64,000 bases of DNA from Octopus vulgaris. Its lineage: Eukaryota. Under the pieces are notes generated by a model. It did no database searches. It was not told the DNA's origin and was given only the letters and a program-made list of their open reading frames with translations. Where the stretch lies: positions 130,262,001-130,326,000 of the forward strand of contig OX597818.1 in NCBI GenBank assembly GCA_951406725.2, written 5' to 3'. Positions 1 to 11,860 of this stretch are shown here, one piece after another. The translations under genes were made by a program, and so were the position numbers. The stretch's first letter is position 1. Each line of letters starts with the position of its first letter.

Positions 1-39
1 ATAAATAGAGAAGAATGTATAAGCAGAGGATGGGAGCTT

Positions 40-945
40 CGTGGCTTTTCCACCTCCTCCAAGATTTAGATAAACTTTACATTTCTTTGATTTCTCCCTA
101 TTCTTCTTCCCCACATATCTTTACTACTCATATTTATTTCTCTCCTTTAAATAATCTACTTTTTGTTTACCTCTCCACCCTTCTCCACCTGTATCTTTAT
201 ATCTTCTACTTTCTACACTTTTCTTTTACACAAGTTTGTTTTTGCTTTTTTTTTATTTGTTTTCTTTATTTTTCTTTCTTACGCTGTCACGATATTTCGA
301 TATTTCGTGTGTCTTGCTGTCTATCTATTACCGTCTCAAGCTTTCTCCCCTTTTCCTTTCTGTCATCTTCATACTCCATACCCTATTCTCTCCACTACTT
401 CATATTTCATTCTCTCTCACACACACACGTTTCTAGTCCCCATCTTAATCTTTTCCTTTTCTTTCCTCTTTTCATGTTGCTATTTTAACTCCACTTCTTT
501 TACTCTCTCCGCTCCTGCCAGGTTTTATTTCTAAATCTTTCCCTGCATTTTTCTTTCTCTCTAATAATACATAAACCCTTTTCTCTTTTCTCCATCACTG
601 CTCTCTCCATTTCTGTCTGTCTGTCTCTCTCTCTCTCTCCCTCTTTCCTCTCTTCAATGTTCTGTATTCTGTATCCTCTTCTCACATCCAGTCAACAATT
701 TATCTATTCATCCATCCATCCATCCATCCATCTAAATCCATCTTATAAACCTACTGACCATCCCCCGCTTCAACTTTCACATGCACCTATCAATCCATTC
801 ATCCATCCTTCAGCCAATCCATCCATTTATCCATACATTCATGCATCCCTCCATCTAGCCATCCATCCATCCAAATCTCTAGCCATCAAAATCCATCCCA
901 GTCACCCATTCTCTCCTACGTCACCCTTTCACCCACTCATATAAC
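40..945. repeat. Pyrimidine-rich low-complexity tract ending in degenerate (CCAT)n
   Basis: CT-rich throughout; (CT)n near 625-640; CATC repeats at about 705-905. Explains the spurious F/S/L-rich ORFs. Confidence 0.85.
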
Positions 946-1478
946 TCAACTCTTGGGAATTAGTAAATGATTGACTAGGTTGATATTAGTGAGTTAGAAG
1001 TATGCAATAAAAACAACCGTGCTGGAAGGGCTTTTATGAACTTGGAATCCCTAATTGATACTGGGAAAGACTTCTAATAGCAATCGTGCAAGAATTCAAA
1101 CAAGCCAAGCCGAAGATTTGCCACTTCTTGAAAGCCTAACATGGACTCAATATGTTGATGACACCATTTTAATACTATTAACCAATTTCACCAATCAATT
1201 TGCCCATATGATGCCATTTTGAAGCTTTATTAAGCAGAGGTATTTTCCTTGTTTACAATATTTTTAATAAATTCGAAAGCTGGTGGAAGCAAATTGGCAG
1301 AAAAATCAAGTACATTACACACTGTATTTCTTTTCTTCAAGGTCAGTCCAATAAAATAAGTACCAGTAATACAGGGAACGATGGGGTCAGTTCAATCACC
1401 TATATTCTCTGCCTACAAAATCTTGAGTCATGTTTTATCAAACGGAATCAATAAGTCTGAAATTTTAATTCCATTATA

Positions 1479-1887
1479 GGCGCAGGAGTGGCTGTGTGGT
1501 AAGTAGCTTGCTAACCAACCACATGGTTCCAGGTTCAGTCCCACTGCGTAGCATCTTGGGCAAGTGTCTTCTGCTATAGCCCCGGGCCGACCAATGCCTT
1601 GTGAGTGGATTTGGTAGACGAAAACTGAAAGAAGCCTGTCGTATATATGTATATATATATATATATGTGTATGTGTTTGTGTGTGTGTGTGTTTGTCCCC
1701 CTAGCATTACTTGACAACCGATGCTGGTGTGTTTACGCCCCCGTCACTTAGCGGTTCGGCAAAAGAGACCGATAGAATAAGTACTGGGCTTACAAAGAAT
1801 AAGTCCCGGGGTCGATTTGCTCGACTAAAGGCGGTGCTCCAACATGGCCGCAGTCAAATGACTGAAACATTTAAAAGAGTAAAGAGT
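1479..1887 (+). mobile_element. SINE family A, full length
   Basis: A-box TGGCTGTGTGG, B-box GGTTCAGTCCC, CORE-like CTTGGGCAAGTGTCTT, internal (TA)/(TG) tract, tail GGCGGTGCTCC...GACTGAAAC then AAAGAGT repeats; more than 10 homologous copies in the window. Confidence 0.93.
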
Positions 1888-2551
1888 ATTATGCACAATA
1901 TGTAGTCTGATCAATAAGTATCCGGACTGTTGCCATAGTAAGGTATATCCATCCCTCAACCCCACCCAATTTCTGCAGGTGTCACCTACTCTTCCCTATT
2001 TATCATCCCTCAACACTAGTTCTTCATTATATTCACCCTTTCACCTATTTTCTATTTCTCACTCACTCATACACACTTGCAGCCTCTACCCACTCAACAC
2101 CTATGTTCTCTTGTCCCCACTTCTACCCACCTCATAACTTGAACGTCACCCTAACACTTCATCACTATCTTTATCTCTTTCCAACTCCATTCTGGCTACT
2201 TCCACCCTCTCTTCTATAATGTGAGTAGCAGTAGAGCTCCTCTACAGTAACAAACCTGTTTGGGGCACCTCTCTTACACTTTAATCCCTCATCTCCGAGT
2301 ATGAAACCACCTCCCTATCTACTGTAGCCCCACTTAGTTAAAAAGGATCTTAGATTTGCAAGCTGCTTGGTGACCTCATTAGTGCAGGTGCCACATAAAA
2401 ATTGCCCTCTACACACTTTAAAGTGGTTGACATTAAGAAAGGTATCCAGCTGGAGAGGTTGCCACTAAATAGTTTACATTCTATCATATTAAAAGAGTAT
2501 ATAAGCTATAAGTAAAATAGCTACATGAAGATATAAGCTATATATGACATA

Positions 2552-3093
2552 CAGGGGTTGGACAAAATAATGGAAACACTTCGTATAACATCATAATTTT
2601 GAAGTATCTATAAAATCATCAAAAGTTTGTTTATTTTTATATTTTTTTTTATTTATTATTAGTGTTGCTTAATATGTTTTGCTAAAATTGCTGTTTCTTT
2701 TCAGATATCATCAGAAAAAGGTAATTAAAATTCATTAAAATGACAGATCTGTTGGACTTTCAAAGAGGTCAAATTGTTGGTGTTTATATGCACTAGTGTA
2801 ATGAAAACAGCTGAAATGTTTGGTGTATCAAGAAGTACTGACTTCAAAGTAATGACAGCCTTTGAGAAAGAGGGAAAAACCTCCTCGTCGAAACAAAACT
2901 CTGGAAGAAAACCAAAATTTTCAGATAGGGACCATTAGACTCTAATGCAAATTGTTAGAAAAGATCACAAAAGTACAGCTCCTAAAACTACTGCAAAGTT
3001 TAATGACCACCTCGAGAACCTAGTTTCCACCCCATATTAAAATAAATTTGTTTGAAATTTTAAGGTGTTTCTATTATTTTTGTCCAATCCCTG
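2552..3093 (+). mobile_element. Internally deleted Tc1-type DNA transposon
   Basis: TIRs CAGGGGTTGGACAAAATAATGGAAACAC / GTGTTTCTATTATTTTTGTCCAATCCCTG, TA on both sides (2550-2551, 3094-3095); empty site GACATACCTG seen in the paralogous segment near 4605. Confidence 0.95.
2740..3030 (+). pseudogene. Tc1 transposase N-terminal (paired-like HTH) remnant
   Basis: Manual translation MTDLLDFQRGQIVG, frameshift, KTAEMFGVSRST...NSGRKPKFSDRDH*TLMQIVRK; GRPR-like motif; no DDE domain. Confidence 0.88.
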
Positions 3094-3727
3094 TACCTGT
3101 TCATTTACGTAGACATATACATGGACTCACATTTACTCAAATTATCATAATACAGTTATATATTCTTGGCAAAAATAAACTGTATTTTTACCACCCACCA
3201 GAAGTATTCATATTCTTACACACAGAGTTAAAGTGCAAACTATTTATTATTATTTAGTCCCAATCTTCCATGATTGACTAATGTTGTCAGAGACCATCAA
3301 ACCATTCAACCCATCCTGATATGAAAAATGGACATTAAATAATGATGATGATCATCATCATCATGTGTACTTCCATTTATAATAAAGTGAAATATGATTA
3401 GACATAAATTTGGCTGTTATTTCTATGTTAAATGCCTGCCTATAGGTTCTTCTATCAACTTGTTTTAAAATTTGTTATATTCACATGTGAAACTGCTGAT
3501 AAAGTTTTCTATTATTAAAGAGGGTGTAGCAAATAATTTTACAAATTAAGACAAATTAATTTCTTTTCTAAAAGAACAATCCATCTAAATCCATCCTACT
3601 AGAAGGAGTTGATACAAAAGACCAAAGTCTTTTTTTTTTCTAAATGTATAATACAATGTTTCCCTTGAGGTTTGATGCTGTTTCTTAAAAGTACATAATC
3701 GAAATCGATCAATGGAAATTGCAGATG

Positions 3728-4125
3728 TGTTACCAGTGCCGGTGGCATGTAAGAGAACCTTCCGTTTCGCGACCATTGCCAGCACCGCCCCGACTGGCCT
3801 TGTGCCGATGGCACGTAAAAAGCACCATCCGTTCGTGTCCGTTGCCAGCCTCGCCTGGCCCTTGTGCCGGTGGCACATAAAAAGCACCATCTGTTCATGG
3901 CCGTTTGCCAGCTCTGTCTGGCACCTGTGCGGGTGGCACGTAAAAAGCACCCACTACACTCACGGAGTGGTTGGCGTTAGGAAGGGCATCCAGCCGTAGA
4001 AACACTGCCAGATTTGACTGGGCCTGATGAAGCCTTCTGGCATACCAGACCCCAGTAGAACCGTCCAACCCATGCTAGCATGGAAAACGGACGCTAAACG
4101 ATGATGATGATGATGATGATGATGA
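3728..4125 (+). mobile_element. Family D retroposon with four ~62-bp tandem modules and (GAT)n tail
   Basis: Repeated GGTGGCACGTAAAAAGCACC, then GGTTGGCGTTAGGAAGGGCATCCAGC and CCAACCCATGCTAGCATGGAAAACGGACG..(GAT)n; many homologues in the window. Confidence 0.88.
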
Positions 4126-4510
4126 ACCCAACACACTGAACATTGACTATACTCTTAGAATTGTGTAGGTGCTTTTTTTTTTTTTTTTTTTTTTTTTGAG
4201 CTTGTGAACTCCAGGCATTGATTGTCATCATCCAAACCCAGCCCTATATATCAAAGAAAACCGTTTTGAAATTATCTATGATTGTACTAGATATTTCTAC
4301 TCCACACATTTGCACACACAAATTATGAGATAATAAACATTAATCTTATAAAACTCACACATAAATATTACAACTAATTTTCATAGCCTCATAATTCATT
4401 TTATACTTGCAGTTCATAGAATGAGAGACACTACTTTAATCTTATTTATCATAGTTTTAAATTAATTTATTCAAGTAATTCAAAGTAATCATGTATATAA
4501 ATATATTTCT

Positions 4511-4793
4511 AGAGGCTTCCACTAAATAGTCTACATTCTATTATATCAAATGAATATATAAACTATAAGTAACATAGTTACATGAAGATATAAGCTATAT
4601 ATGACATACCTGTTTATTTACATACACATATACACAAACACGCATTTATCCAAATTATCATAATACAGTTATATATTCTTGGCAAAAATAAACCATCTTT
4701 TTATCATCCAACAAGTGAATTTATATTCTTATACACAGAGTAAAAGTGCGACCTACTTATTATTATTTAGCCTCAATCTTCTGTGATTGACTA
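4511..4793 (+). repeat. Second copy of a ~280-bp local duplication (first copy 2454-2551 plus 3096-3280)
   Basis: Shared blocks CATGAAGATATAAGCTATATATGACATAC and CAAATTATCATAATACAGTTATATATTCTTGGCAAAAATAAAC. Confidence 0.93.
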
Positions 4794-5112
4794 GGAGCAC
4801 TCAGTCGGTTACGACGACGAGAGTCCCAGCTGATACAATCACCGGAACAGCTTGCTCATGAAATTAACGTGCAGGTGACTGAGAAATCCACAGATACGTG
4901 TACCCCTAACGTAGTTCTCAGGAAGACCCAGCATGACACCGAGCGTGACAAGGCTGGCTCTTTGAAATACAGGTACAACACATTTTTGCCAGCTGAGTGG
5001 ACTGGAGCAATGTGAAATAAAATGTCTTGCTCAAGGACACAACGCATCGCTAGGAATTGAACTCATGACCTTACGATCGCGAGCTGAATGCCCTAACCAC
5101 TAAGCCATGCAC
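4794..5112 (-). mobile_element. tRNA-derived CORE-type SINE sharing its 3' half with family C copy at 40130-40318
   Basis: Minus strand TGGCTTAGTGGTTAGG...GAGTTCAATTCC...TGTGTCCTTGAGCAAGAC; 13-bp TSD CTGTGATTGACTA at 4781-4793 and 5113-5125. Confidence 0.93.
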
Positions 5113-5332
5113 CTGTGATTGACTAAGCTTATAATAAAAGACATTCCAGCTCTCTGACCATTACATTATTTTTAGTTATAGTGTATATAGGGCTACATTT
5201 TCTAATGAGTATTTATACTTGCATGGCTTAAGCTTTGAGACAAGCATATGACTACTGGCAGGTATCATCCTCGGTCATGATGATCGAGTATCATTATCAG
5301 TCAACCAGGTATCATCCTCGGATGTAATTTAG

Positions 5333-5552
5333 TCCTTTAGCATTGAAATTTCTTTGTGAAATGTATTGCTTATTTACTCACAGTGTTTTGCATTAATCAT
5401 GCATTATCTTGTAGATTCAAGGTTTCTTTGGTGTGTTTGTATATTTTTAGAATGATATTGCAGGGTAGGTGTGAAAGACTGGATCTGGCCAGTTTTAACA
5501 TAAAACAAGTAAAATATTCGGGCTGGATATGGCTAGATTAAATGCTAAAGGG
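5333..5552. mobile_element. piggyBac-like MITE (degenerate)
   Basis: Ends CCTTTAGCATT / AATGCTAAAGGG with TTAA-like flanks; homologues near 29518-29705 (reverse) and 53617-53817 (begins TTAACCCTTTAG). Confidence 0.7.
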
Positions 5553-5559
5553 GTAAAGG

Positions 5560-5825
5560 AAATTTAGCTGTTATTTCTAGCTGCTCAAACAACTACACTG
5601 AGGTTCTCTCCAGTTGTTTGTTGTGGCATTATTTACCTCAGGTCAGCTCTGATTTAACAGATTTATGATCAAAGGCATTCCAAGTCATGACCATCCCATC
5701 TGTTTCATAGATAATGTATCCAGAACTACTTAATCCTGGATATATGGCTCCTTCTCTTTTTAAGATAGCAAAGTGTTATTTACAGAAGATTGACTGCTAT
5801 TGTTAGCTGGTTGAGCAACCTCTTT
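5560..5825 (-). mobile_element. Old family E repeat fragments
   Basis: ATTT(A/G)GCTGTTATTTCTAGC and GATCAAAGGCATTCCA..CATGACCATC motifs recur near 3410, 5130, 7450, 10620, 11130-11510, 18820, 22600, 25740 and 60080. Confidence 0.65.
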
Positions 5826-6069
5826 GTCTTCCATGAGTAACATACTGAGATAGAATCAATCAACTATATTCTTATTCCATCACCAAGAGAGTCTGTCAAT
5901 TAATATTTGATTTAAATTGTCAGTGATTCTGTGACATTAACGAGTAGGTTATTTGATTACAGTTACAAATGTTCATCTGTAAGTTTACTATATGGCTAAG
6001 AGGTTTGCTTTGCAACCACATGGATTCAGGTTCAATTCCACTGCACAGCACCTTGTACCAGTGTTTCAC

Positions 6070-6440
6070 CATCATTGTTTTAATTGTTCTGACGTCTACT
6101 TTTCTATGGGCCAGGTGGAATTTGTACAGGCAGATTTTCTATGGCTGGATGTTCTTTCCAAATAAGGAAATATTTCCCCCATGGCCTGACATGTTTTCAT
6201 GGGAGACTAAAAGCAAGAGACACTGTTTGTATGACAGTGACACCTATTTATAACTATCATGGATGTCAAGACAAGGACACATAAATATGATAAGCTTCTT
6301 TCAGTTTCCTATGACAAAATTCACTTGCAAGACTTTGGTTGACCAAAAGTTATGGTAGAAGACACTTGTCTAAGGTGCCACACAGTGGGACTGAAACTAA
6401 AACCTGGTGGTTGGAAGGTAAACTTTTTAACTACACAACT
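6070..6440 (-). mobile_element. Old SINE: family A head with different body and D-like tail
   Basis: Reverse A head at 6290-6440 (GAAGACACTTGTCTAAGGTGCCACACAGTGGGACTGAA); GCAGATTTTCTATGGCTGGATG tail motif; same layout at 49205-50042. Confidence 0.65.
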
Positions 6441-6724
6441 AGTCCATAATATATATATTTACATGTGTATATCTGTACCAGTGTCTTTATTTATATTTAC
6501 CAGTGAAATTTGGTTTTGCATTTCCATGTCAAAAATACTAACTTAGTGTTTCAATCAATAGAGATTGATAAACTAAGTACCAGACTGAAAATATACTGGA
6601 GTTGATATAATGCTTTGTTCTTTGGCATGGCTAAAGTTCAATGAATGAAATCAGTAAGAATAAAGAAATGTACAAAGTTAGTATTCGTTTTGTTAAGGAC
6701 TATACAATAAGTACATGGATAGTA

Positions 6725-7289
6725 TTGGGTTGTCTGGTAAGTTCGTGCCGATTTATAGTAGCTTACCTTTCGATTTATTTTAGAACATGGTTGAGTCCAT
6801 AAAATAGGATTTGACTACACCTCCATTTAGAGCACAGTTTAAGCTATCTTTTCATGGAAGAAGGTTTATGTTCCTATAACCTGTGTTAATTCTGTAACCC
6901 TTTATAATGGAAGATAAACAAGTTCATTTTCAGCACTTGATGCTTTGGGAACTAGACAAAAATTGCTGCAGCTTGGCTGTGATGTGTTACCCTATTCTCC
7001 ATATTCACCAGATATTGCTCCTTTGGATTTCCACTTATTCAGGTCTCTGCAGAATAGTCTTAATGGTAAAAATTTCAATTCCTTGGATGACGTAAAAAGA
7101 TACCTTAATGAATTCTTTGCCATGAAACCACCTCAGTTCTGGGAAAAGGGTATTTTCAAGTTAAAGGAAAGATGGAGACACATTGTGCAACAAAATGGTT
7201 CATATTTGATTGATTAAAAATGTAATGGCAAGTATTTATTGACCTTTTCTTTCCGTTAAAAATCGGCATGAACTTTCCAGACAACCCAA
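6725..7289 (+). mobile_element. Internally deleted mariner transposon
   Basis: 30-bp TIRs TTGGGTTGTCTGGTAAGTTCGTGCCGATTT / AAATCGGCATGAACTTTCCAGACAACCCAA with TA flanks at 6723-6724 and 7290-7291. Confidence 0.96.
6907..7217 (+). pseudogene. mariner transposase remnant (N-terminal 15 aa fused out of frame to C-terminus)
   Basis: MEDKQVHFQHLMLWE, then in another frame LPYSPYSPDIAPLDFHLFRSLQN...GIFKLKERWRHIVQQNGSY; diagnostic mariner YSPDLAP-type motif. Confidence 0.93.
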
Positions 7290-7589
7290 TAGAAATACAT
7301 ATTGGTTTGGATACAGTATTGTATCTATATACATTATTTTTAATACTAATCCACAGGAGACCTTACTTATTAAAGCATTCATATATAAAGTAAAATCTCA
7401 TAACATAAATGGAGCCTCCAGCTGGTCAGTAGAAGCATGAAAGCCCTACCTGGTCATTAGACCTGCTATAGAATAGTAGCTAAATCATTTTCATATCCTA
7501 TCCTACCCTATTAAAAAAGAACAAATTTTATAATGTGCTCCAAGGTGTACTGTACCAATGAAAAAGTAAGGTGGTTACAAATGGAAGTT

Positions 7590-7795
7590 ATACCAGGCAA
7601 AAATGCTTTGTGGCATTTTGTTTATTTTAATGTTCTGAGCTCAAATGCCATCAGGGTCAACTTTGCCTTTTATCCATTTGGGTGGGGGTCTGTAAAATAA
7701 GTACCAGATAGATGAACACTGATACTTATGAGCATGGGAATCAATGTACAACTAGCCCCCTCCCTTAAACTTCGAGCCAAAATTTGAAACCAATA
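7590..7795 (+). mobile_element. SINE family B, degenerate
   Basis: GTTCTGAGCTCAAAT..GGTCAACTTTGCCTTTTATCC..AAAATAAGTACCAG. Confidence 0.75.
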
Positions 7796-10696
7796 TACTA
7801 CAAAGTTACAGATATTTTTTAGAAAACATCTTCAATATCTTAAATTACATTGGAAATTGAAATATACAGGCAGTCTACTCGTTAGAAAAGTAGTCACAAA
7901 AAAGGGCTAGTGGAAATATCTGAATATCAGTTAAATGAAAAAAATATATCACTTAAATTGTGTAAAAATATTTAGATATACTGTTTTGTGAATAGTGTGT
8001 CTTTTTTATTTATTTTTCATTTTTTTATTTTTTATTTTTTTATTTTTAAGGTGAAGAAAGGTGGGGTTTAATGAACTAAGATATAATAAAATAGTCCATA
8101 CTGCTACAAACTCCTGCAAGGTGATATAGATGAAAGGTTAGTAGTGCAAGTTGATGGAGCCAAAGATCATGGTGGGGTTGGAAGAGAAGACGAAAAATAA
8201 TTAGAGAGCTGTAGAGCAGAGAATTAAAATCATATCATCTGAGTAGATGGTTTGGGTGGTACGACCTTTAGTAATGAGATTTGATGTTAGCTAAGTGATG
8301 AACCAGGCTACTAGTAACAAAAGGAAGAGATGAGATATGATAAAATGCTCAAAGGAAAGGGATGGAGGAAAAGAAGAAATAGAAAGCATACTGGGAATTA
8401 TACTAGTTGTGTGACTGAATAGTAGTAACAATAGTATGAATTGAATGGATTGGTTAAAGAGCAGGAATCATAATTGCACAGAAAAGTCTAGCACGAAGAT
8501 GAATACCAATTATCATTTCTGAGACTTCAGGCTATGGTCAAACAACTCTTCTTTAATATTCCTAATGCCTACTTTATTCTATCTACTCAAGCTCATTGTG
8601 AGAGAGAACTAAATAAGAAAGGTCTACTTTAGCCATTAGGGAGTGGGCGTTATCTATGATCTACTACTTGTATCATCCTTCATTGCCGATAACAATAATA
8701 CTAACTCACTTCATCTCTTTTGTCAATGATGAAATCACACAATTTAAAACAGAAGCTTTGTGGTAGCAGTAGTGGGCCCAGAGTTGCTTGCTGTTGGTGT
8801 TCTTTACCAGTTAACCAGACGTATAAAGACTTCATAATTATCAATAGTGTTAATGGGTTTTATGTGAATTTGAACAGATAGATCTATAGTGCCAGTAATA
8901 AACCGAGATTGGAAATGTACATGTAAGAATAGGTTAACAATGTTATTCGCAATCACAAGATAATCTTATTCACATAAACATACCTTAGTAAGGTTTAAAA
9001 ATAAAACAAAAATAAGAGGATGTTGTTATGGTGTTATGAAATTGGCATTTCTCATAGAAAAAGAGAAAAGATATTAGAAGAAAGAAAAAGAAAAAAAATG
9101 AGTTTGAATTGATAATTTAATGGAAATAGATTCAGAAGAGAGAGAATTATTGCATAATTTTTTACATCCATGTTATGTTGCAAAGGTTTAGTTTATCTCC
9201 CTAAAACTGATAAACTTCACATGGCAACAAAAAGGACAAGCCAGACCTCTGTCACTTAATTTTAGATTAATAAATGGTGTTCTATGCGGCAAATGAACCG
9301 TGTTGGCACTGGCAATAAACGCCCATGTTGATGTGTCTTAACGTTGAAGAAAGCAAATGATCTTTTAATAAACAAATCAAGAACAAAAGATACATATCTG
9401 ATTTAGTATTACTTTTGTATTACAACTGGAATAGGACAAAAAAAAAAAAGAAAAGAAAAATATTTCTGACATAATGAGAGGTTAATAGTTATACCTTTAC
9501 CTCCCCAACTCTCTCTCTCTCTTTCCGTCCTCTCTCTGTCTCTGTTTCTCTCCCTCTCCTCTTCCCCCTCTCTCTCTCTGCTAAGAAAGAAAAATATCTT
9601 TACTTCAAAACGTAATTGTTTAATGCTCTGTCTCTAAGCAGAAACTCATTCACACAAATATGCATGAGCACCACAATCCATTCCATAGACAACTCGGAAA
9701 AGAAAGATTCATGCTAACACTGAGAAAGAAGAAAAGCTGATTGATTGATCTGTTGGCTGATTGATTGTTTATTGATTGATTAGCTGTTACTCAAATGTCA
9801 AGTATGACACTTCTCTAAATTGGAGTATGAGGAGACAGCTACACAGACTGTACTCTCCACACCGTTCTTGATGATAATTGTTGTTCTGGGTAAAACAGTA
9901 TAACTTCTAAATATACCATATACAACACCATTATAAGTGAGTTGAAACATTAGACTAGGTAAAGGATGGAACACTCATGACCTTTTACAGGGCCTCTAAG
10001 ACTGGTGTAAGAATGGTAGGAACTTATCTCCAGACTATAGATCAGGCCCAAATGACTGCAACAAAGTTGACTCTACTAATGGCACCCAAGTACCTTGCAG
10101 TGATGGTGTTATGATGGTAATGAAGTCCACTATCCAAAAACAGGAACCTATCTGATGGCCTACCACATATACTTACTTCCCACAAATTTCCTTCACATGA
10201 CTCAGGTCAATCCAATACTATGATACAAGGCATCCCTCCAAAGTACTGTACAGTGGCATTGGACCCCAAAAGCATACATAGATAAACCCAATTTCTTAAC
10301 CATATAGCCATGCCTGTACCCATATTTTTTCAAGGGTCAAGAATTCAAATCCACTGATAGGAGTACATTGTTTCTGGATAGCACAATCAATTCTACATAA
10401 CCTTAGTTTACATAACTATTAAAAATAAGTCCCACATTAATCTGAGTTTGCTTTAGATCAGACTTCCTCGGATGTCTTGGTCTTCTTTACCATTAGATCT
10501 GGACTTCTGATGAGCTGTGTTTAATGGTTATTCTGCATAAGTTCAAAACAGATACAACACCTGTTACCAGACAGATATAATGGCTTCTCACTATCACCAC
10601 AACCAAGTGCTTCTACATCATTACCTAATCTGTTAGGAAAAGCGACTAAATTTCCTTTAACTTATACTTAACTGTCTTTGAAAAAAAAAAAAGAGA

Positions 10697-11014
10697 CATC
10701 ATCATCATCGTTTAACGTCCGTTCTCCATGCTAACATGGGTTGGACGGTTCGACCGGGGATCTGGGAAGCCAGAAGGCTGCACCAGGCTCCGGTCTTATC
10801 TGGCAATGTTTCTACAGCTGGATGCCCTTCCTAACGCCAACCACTCCGTGAGTGTAGTGGGTGCTTTTTACGTGCCACCTGCACTGGTGCCAGGCGAGGC
10901 TGGCATTGGCCACGGTCAGATTGGTGCATTTTAAGTGCCACCTGCACGGAAGCCAGTCGAGGCGGCACTGGCTTCGGCCACAATTTGTATGATGCTTTTT
11001 ACGTGCCACCGACA
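10697..11014 (-). mobile_element. Family D retroposon
   Basis: (CAT)n CGTTTAACGTCCG..., three reverse modules. Confidence 0.9.
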
Positions 11015-11164
11015 TTATATTATATAGTTCTGCATGTACTATGTTTGAGGGGAAAACAGACATGGTCATGACATGAATGCTAAACAACAACAACTTTTTA
11101 AAAATCACAAAACCAAATGAGTGAGCCTCTATGCAAGCAACTACTCTGCTAGAAATAACAACTA

Positions 11165-11367
11165 CCATTTTGGTGGCATAAATGGCTTATAGGCATATTA
11201 GATGCACCCCAATTTCAGCAGAACATATTTTTCAAAAATGTTTTTAATGCATTAAAGCTCAAAGGGATGGGGGTTTGACTTAGTGTAATGGACTGGGGGG
11301 ATTTTTTTTTTGTGGGGAGGAGACTTTTTTAAGGGTAAAAGTGTATTTCATATGTTATCAAATATGG
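11165..11367. mobile_element. Degenerate pogo/Tc1-like MITE nested in a family E copy
   Basis: TA-CCATTTTGGTGGCATA ... TATGTTATCAAATATGG-TA imperfect TIRs splitting CTGCTAGAAATAACAAC-TA-AATCT. Confidence 0.55.
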
Positions 11368-11524
11368 TAAATCTTCCTCAGAAACCAAAAAAAAAAAAAA
11401 AAAAAGACATCCGATAATATTGCAGTAGAAACACAAGATATTTGGTAAAAAATGGCTTTGATCATAAATCAGATCAATGAGAGTTGACCCTAGTTCAACA
11501 GGAACAACAATTTAAAAAGGATAG

Positions 11525-11860
11525 CGCCGCCTCGACTGGCTTCCGTGTCAGTGGCACGTAAAAAGCACCATCCGAATTGTAGCCGAAGCCAGTGCCGCCT
11601 CGACTGGCTTCCATAAAATGCACCAATCCGACCGTGGCCGATGCCAGCCTCACCTGGCACCAGTGCAGGTGGCACGTAAAAAGCACCCACTACACTCACG
11701 GAGTGGTTGGCATCAGGAAGGGCATCCAGCTGTAGAAACTTTGCCAGATAAGACCGGAGCCTGGTGCAGCCTTCTGGCTTCCCAGATCCCCGGTTGAACC
11801 GTCCAACCCATGCTAGCATGGAGAACGGACGTTAAACAATGATGATGATGATGATGATGA
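11525..11860 (+). mobile_element. Family D retroposon
   Basis: Modules plus (GAT)n tail; near-identical inverted partner of 10697-11014. Confidence 0.9.

Noticed and set aside
15-944. ORFs of 95-157 aa at the window start
   Set aside because: Products of pyrimidine-rich low complexity; no domain-like sequence.
1474-1905. Recurrent peptides such as RLPNPLTR, AIVEDTCPRC and VVGAFYVPP suggesting a gene family
   Set aside because: They are frames through SINE families A and D, broken differently in each copy.
3735-3950. CRISPR-like repeat-spacer appearance of family D modules
   Set aside because: Spacers are homologous to one another, the array is part of a dispersed retroposon with a (GAT)n tail, the context is eukaryotic and there are no cas genes.
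5259-5321. 16-bp direct repeat CAGGTATCATCCTCGG around 31 bp
   Set aside because: Probably a tiny retroposon tail with TSD or a slippage duplication; too short to interpret.
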